The notes below the pieces were generated by a model. It was not told where the DNA came from, did not search any database, and saw nothing but the letters and a program-made list of their open reading frames with translations. 64,000 bases of DNA from Amoebidium appalachense (Eukaryota; Protista; Ichthyosporea), in the NCBI GenBank assembly GCA_963693365.1, contig CAVNZM010000006.1:4381264-4445263 (forward strand), given 5' to 3'. Below, one piece after another: positions 58,619 to 64,000 of this stretch; positions within the stretch are counted from its first letter, which is position 1, and every line of letters begins with the position of its first letter. Position numbers and translations under genes: made by a program.

Positions 58619-58741
58619 GCCACCTGCAGGGACAGAGCTGTGTGAGCATCATGCCTAGAGTCCCAGGGGGGGGGGGGGGGGGGGGTAAAGGCAACGAGCG
58701 GGGTGGGCGGCAGGCAAGCGGGTGCACAGGCAGGCAAACAA

Positions 58742-58776
<35 letters not shown>

Positions 58777-59320
58777 CGTAGCTAAAGGGCAGAGGATGCA
58801 TGCAGCGCTGGCAGGGAGGGCGGGGGAAGGGGGAGGGGGGGGTATGCGCGCACAAGCCGCGGTGTAGGCGTGCGTGTGTGTGCGCTAGTGTGTGGGTGTG
58901 TATGAGCATGTGTGTGTAACACCGAGGTTAAGCATGCACGATCGAAGGGGCGGGTGGAGGGGGTGGCAGGGTGGGGTTGGGGGGGTTGGGGGAGGGAAGG
59001 AGGGGGGGGGGGGGGGGGGGGGGGGCAGGACACGCCACAAGCAGTTGGCACTGCGGGCCAGCACAGAACAAAGCGGCACACCGTGTGTACACCGTAAGAC
59101 CGTAATGTATTGTCCCAAACACTCCACCGGGTGAGTGAGGGAATCCGAGCGAATGTGTGTAGTGGGGGGGGGGCCGGCCCCGGCCGCCACTGCAGAACAT
59201 GAATCGTGCGATATACAAAGTGGGAAGGGGGGAAGGGGGGGTGTCGGTGCCCCCCACAGCCCACACGCCAAGCCCAATACGAAGGCAAAGGAACAGGGGA
59301 GGGGGCTCGGCCCAGCCCCA

Positions 59321-61212
59321 TCACGAGAGAGGGGCAGCAAACCACCCCGCTAGCCACTCAGGCACGGGTGTTGGGACAGGTGCGTGCCACGGGTGCAGCC
59401 GGTCGAAAGTGGCCCACTGTGCCCGCGAGATGGCATCCGCAATCGAGTTTTCCACGCCAGGGATGTGCTTGGCCGAGACCAGCACCGTGTAGCGCATTTC
59501 CATCAGCGTGATGAGACGCAGCACCCGGGCAATGGCAGGGACGGGGGAGTGACGGGACGCGATCGTAGATACTGCACCGTCGTTATCGGTGAGCACGCGT
59601 ATGTGGTTGTTGCGACAGCTGGGACCCCAACAGGCCAGGGCCACGGCAATGTCAACCAGCTCAAACAGCACGGAAGCCCACACATCTCCGCCAGCAATGA
59701 CCGTGCGCCAATGGTCCGTCCATGCTAGGTGAAACCACGCTTGACCCCAGTAGCCACCGCATCCTATGATGCCGGCCGCATCTGTGGTGAACATGTGATG
59801 CACGGGGGGGGTAAGCACACGTATGCCGTTCCACTCGGGGAGGAACTCCGACCACAGCACAACGTCGGCTCGTGCGTCGGCGCAGACACGGATGTGGTGG
59901 TGGGGCCCTAGGCCGGCCCTCTCAGCCTCCGCCAGCAGATGAAGCAAGCGTTGAAGAAAGGCACGGGCACGCCCCAGCGCCACAACCTGAGCACACCACA
60001 TGAGCTTGCCGCACAGGGACCGTAGGTCTCGAACAGTGGCCTTGGTGCGACCCCGCCAATCGGCTAGCAGGGCCCGGAGCTCGGTCAGCTTGACGGCAGG
60101 TAAGCGGGCCTCCATGCGCAGAGTGTCCCACTCGAGCCCAGAGTAGATGAGCGTGTGTGAGGGCAGCTGCACTTTGTCGTCGGCAAGCGTAACACCCACC
60201 TTCGAGCACACCCACCGAAACACCAGCATGTTGAAGGCGCACTCTTGCAGCGTATGGCCGCCGAAAAAGAAGTCGTCCACAAAATGCTGTGTCTCTGTGG
60301 CGTTGAGGGCGTGGGCGAAGTGCTGCAGGGCCTGAGCTATGCGTTCCCAGAACGCTGGGCTGGACCGCAAGCCAAACGGTAGGCGGGTCTCCACATAGAA
60401 CGCGCCTAGCAGCTGGAACGACAGCAGTGGCTGGTCGTCTGGGTGCACCGGGCCGTGACGAAAGGCACCCTTCACGTCGTATGCCCCGAGGAAGCAGCCC
60501 TGGCCGAGCCGAGCTACTGTTTGCATCACCGTGCGGATGGTGATGTACTCCAGCTGATCCGGGTAATCGACCCCATCGTTGATACTGGAGCCACGCGGGA
60601 AGGAAAGGTCGTGGATGCGGCGGACGCCCGTGCCGCCCTTTTTGGGAACTGCCCCGAGGGGCGAGGATACAAAATAAGGATAAAGGGCCACCATCTCGTC
60701 GCGGGTGAAGGGGCCCAGGATGTGGCCGCATTGTCCACGCATGCCACTTCCTTCGCAATGTCGGCTGCAAGCTGCTCACGGGCCGCCAGCGCGGACGGGT
60801 GGTTTCGGCCCACCCGGGTGACCCGCTCGCCGAAGTAACCGACCGAGAAGCCCAGCTCTAAGTCGCGGAGCAGAGCCTGCTGAAACGCACTGTCGGGGTG
60901 CGGAAACAGCTCAAACAAACGGCGGAAGTTGGGGACAGATACGGTCTGTGGTGGTGCCGCTGGGGGGGGTGACCATGGGCCCCGCAGGGCAACGGAGAGG
61001 GCAGGCCCAGCGCTGACGTCAGCCCCTGCCCGAAAGGGGGCTGGGCCCCCTAAGCCGGGTTGGCCCCCCCTTCCCCCGCCCCGTTGGCTGGGTTGGGAGG
61101 GCAGGCGTGTGCGCCGTGCGCCGCTGAGCCGCACTTCAGGCAGGCGTGCTTGTAGCGGCAAGGGTTTGGTCCCTTCCTGGTGCAGCCCTTGGCCGTGTTG
61201 AAGCCCCGGCAT
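59321..61212 (-). CDS. Ngaro reverse transcriptase/RNase H, frame broken near 60735
   Basis: Motifs SPLGAVPKK, RRIHDLS, DVKGAF, LPFGLRSSP, FVDDF, FTTDAA, TDN, ADAISR. The upstream part (HPDSAFQQALLRDLELGF...KEVA) is in another frame, separated by 11 extra nt. Confidence 0.9.
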
Positions 61213-62110
61213 ATCTCATCCGCAGCAGGGGCCGGGCTGGCGCGAGGGCTGGCTGTGGCCCCCCCAGAGGCAGGCTGCCGGGGTGTGCGGGGAGCGGTGG
61301 GTGCCTGGTGCAGGCGGGCACCAGACAGGGACACGGCCAGCTGCACAGCGTCGGGGGCGTTGAGTGGGCGGCCAGAGGCAGCGCACGACCGGCGGTGTGC
61401 ATCCTCCCAGCGCATGATGGCAGCCCACTGGTACTCGGGTGCCAGCTCAGTGGCCACAAACTCGGCGTGGGCCAGCAGGGCCGTGACGGGGGCGTTGGCG
61501 TTGATGCGTAGGCGTAGCAGCTGCAAGATGCAGCGCAGGTAGGTCTGCAGGTCCGGGCACAGGGCGGGCTGGCGCTGGGTGCCAGGCGTCTGCAGCACAA
61601 CCGTGCCAGCAGGCAGGCCAGGCAGGGAAACCGGCTGGCGCTGCGTGTGGACAGAAGAGCCCGTGGGCGGCAGCAGGTCGAGTAAAGCGAAATGCTGCAT
61701 AGGCTCGAAGATGGCAGCCCCCCGGACCTCCGGGGACAGGTGGGGGCAGGGTGGGTTCGACTGGCTGCGCTGGCTGGCCCCCCAAACGGCCAGTTGCAGG
61801 GCATTGGGCGGCGGAGGCAGCTGGTGCATGTCGCCGCCCTGAGGGTCCTCCTCACGGGGGCGCTTGTTGGCGTTGCCGGGGGGTTGCTCTACAGCATCCA
61901 CGGCCCCCGCCGCAGCGGCAGGGGGCCCCGTGACAGGGGGGTTCCTACCGGTTCCGCCCCCGCCAAGGTTGACGAGGTGGGGGAAGGCGCGCAGGAGAAG
62001 ATCTTGCTGGGAAGGGGGGGCCGGGCTGGCCTTCAGGGCCTGACGGGTCGCGTTGGCCACCTCAGAAGCAAACATGCGAATGGTCGCTGCCAGCTCAGGG
62101 GTCAGGGCAA

Positions 62111-62164
<54 letters not shown>

Positions 62165-62237
62165 CGTCCTGCACAGGAGGGCGCGCCTCCTGCCCTGCCT
62201 GTGCTGCAGGGCCATTGTCTGTTGGGTCTACTTCCAT
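61050..62237 (-). CDS. Ngaro Gag-like protein with poly-Q and C-terminal CCCH + CCHC zinc fingers
   Basis: ATG at 62237 just downstream of repeat A1; ICRGFN...C......CRYKHACLKCGSAAHGAHACP. Confidence 0.88.
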
Positions 62238-62608
62238 ACTTGAGCCGCCGTGTGCTAGCCACCGAAAACGCAATCGTGCTAACAAAAACCGTACGTGCAG
62301 CACACGGCGAAAACGAAGGTGGCCTGCATCTGCAGTGTGCTGCGCCGGAAATACCGGCGCTGGTGGCGCCTGACGTCAGGCGCTGCGCCAGACCGATGTC
62401 AGCCGCCGCTGCGGCTGCGCCTGGCGCCGCGGCCCGTGACGTCATGGGCCGCCCGGCTGCCTGCGCCCGAAGTGATCCGTGAAACATCTTTCATCTGCTG
62501 CGCATATGAAACGTACATTGATGCGGGACAATATCCAGTTGTCCGGCGTCGAGGCCGCGGGCCTCGAGCTTTATTATTATTACTATAAAAACATGGAGCC
62601 GTGCGTAC

Positions 62609-62612
<4 letters not shown>

Positions 62613-62686
<74 letters not shown>

Positions 62687-62702
62687 TACATACACACACA
62701 CA
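62613..62702. repeat. (TA)n/(CA)n microsatellite
   Basis: Direct inspection. Confidence 0.95.
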
Positions 62703-63744
62703 CGTACTGTAACATATCTTATACTGTATATAGTGCGCGTGTGTTCGGGTGTTACACCCATCTACAGTACGGCAAATGTTATATGGCTTACTCCTTGTAC
62801 CTGCAGGTAATCGAAACTCCAACATGCATGCCAACAAGTGACTGAGGAAGCAATGCACATGTATGAAAATACTATAAAATCACCTATAGGTCTTCGCGGT
62901 CCAGAATATTGCTGCAGTTCAATTTGATGTCCGGAAGAAGCCACAGTAGAGTACCGGAAGTAAATTCGAGCACCGCTGTCATCGTTTCTGCAAAGAAACA
63001 CACATGTTAATGATATATTCCTTAACAGACACATGTAAATGACATATTCCCTTAATAGCCTCACGTCCTTCTGGTGTATGCATTAAGTTCTTTTTTATTT
63101 TTTTATTGCCTCTATGAGAAGGCTCGGTATTTGCTGCACGAGGTAACATTCCACTATGGACCTATCACATGCACTAGGTGCATATCTCATTTTTTGATAA
63201 GTCGTACAAACACAGGGAAATGTGTCTGTGTGTAGGGGGGACCGCGCTCTCTGCATCCGAGCAGATGCAGGAGGAGGGAAAAAAGATGTGATATGACCAG
63301 GTAAAAAGATGAGAGACGTATGTACATGTGTACATGTGAGTTTTTAGAATCGTGTCTTCGAGTAGTCTTTTTCATTTCAGTGGTGAGAGTGAGTGAGTGA
63401 GTGAATGAGTGTGGCGAGAAGAGGGAAGGGATGGAGAGGGGTGGGGGTTTAGGAGGTTGGGGCAGGCGGGCGGGCGGGAATGGGCTGGTCGGGGGGGGAG
63501 GGCATGCATCCAGTACCTTAATTATTCTCTGGATTCCCGAGCCGCGTATTGACGGGTGTTGTTTTCCTTTCCTGTGGCCAAATGACTACGCAAGCCTTTG
63601 CGTGCATTGTCGCAGGCGATGCTCCCGCCCCTCTTTATGGCCTTGTAGACAGCATCGGTTGCAGGGTCCAGGGATCCAGTGACGAGGTAGTTGGTCATGA
63701 CTGAAAGGAGTGGGGAGGGGGGTGGGAGGGAGGAAGGGAGGGAA

Positions 63745-63776
<32 letters not shown>

Positions 63777-63912
63777 AAGACAGTGATGCAGAGGAGCTTG
63801 GGCCTTCTTACGGAAGGCAAAAAGAATTGGGTGGCAATGAATGTGGGGATGGGAATAAGGGAGTCGAAGATGAGGGTAGGGTTGGTGGTGGTGGTGGTGG
63901 TGGTAATGGTGT

Positions 63913-63961
<49 letters not shown>

Positions 63962-64000
63962 GACAAGGGAGACAAGGGAGACAATTACCCGGGGTGAGGG

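Larger units (their letters stand above)
56838..62519 (-). mobile_element. Ngaro-type tyrosine-recombinase (DIRS-order) retrotransposon, full length
   Basis: Split direct repeats: A1 62242-62519 = A2 57087-57364 (1 mismatch seen), and B1 57363-57494 = B2 56838-56972. The order is A1-gag-RT/RH-YR-B1-A2-B2, with a shared AA at the junctions and no TSD. Confidence 0.95.

Overview
Eukaryotic nuclear DNA with long introns full of poly-C/poly-G runs and (CA)n/(GT)n. It is plausibly a unicellular opisthokont/holozoan, which is an inference only. Two spliced host genes can be rebuilt by hand: a 12-exon INPP1 (7494-19743, +) and a 5-exon G-protein alpha subunit (37120-45101, -). There is also a divergent intronless pair, a DUF4140/DUF4139 gene with two frameshifts and a decayed BTB + propeller-like gene. 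The rest is mostly mobile DNA. (1) An APE-RT LINE family is present as one full-length copy with a 10-bp TSD and several truncated or rearranged copies; its TSD-defined 3' end lies about 195 bp beyond an internal poly(A) and finishes in TAAA(C)n. (2) There is a complete Ngaro-type tyrosine-recombinase retrotransposon with A1..B1-A2-B2 repeats. (3) Smaller pieces are a piggyBac remnant, a PIF/Harbinger-like MITE, an RNase H fragment and a probable solo LTR. The first 4.4 kb is an intronless, virus-like island: a phage-type HNH-AP2 gene between direct repeats that carry its start codons, a 456-bp GC-rich palindrome resembling a fused terminal/hairpin junction, and an ORFan transcribed away from it. 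Most ORF-track entries are low-complexity artefacts. No database searches were run; all family calls come from motif recognition.
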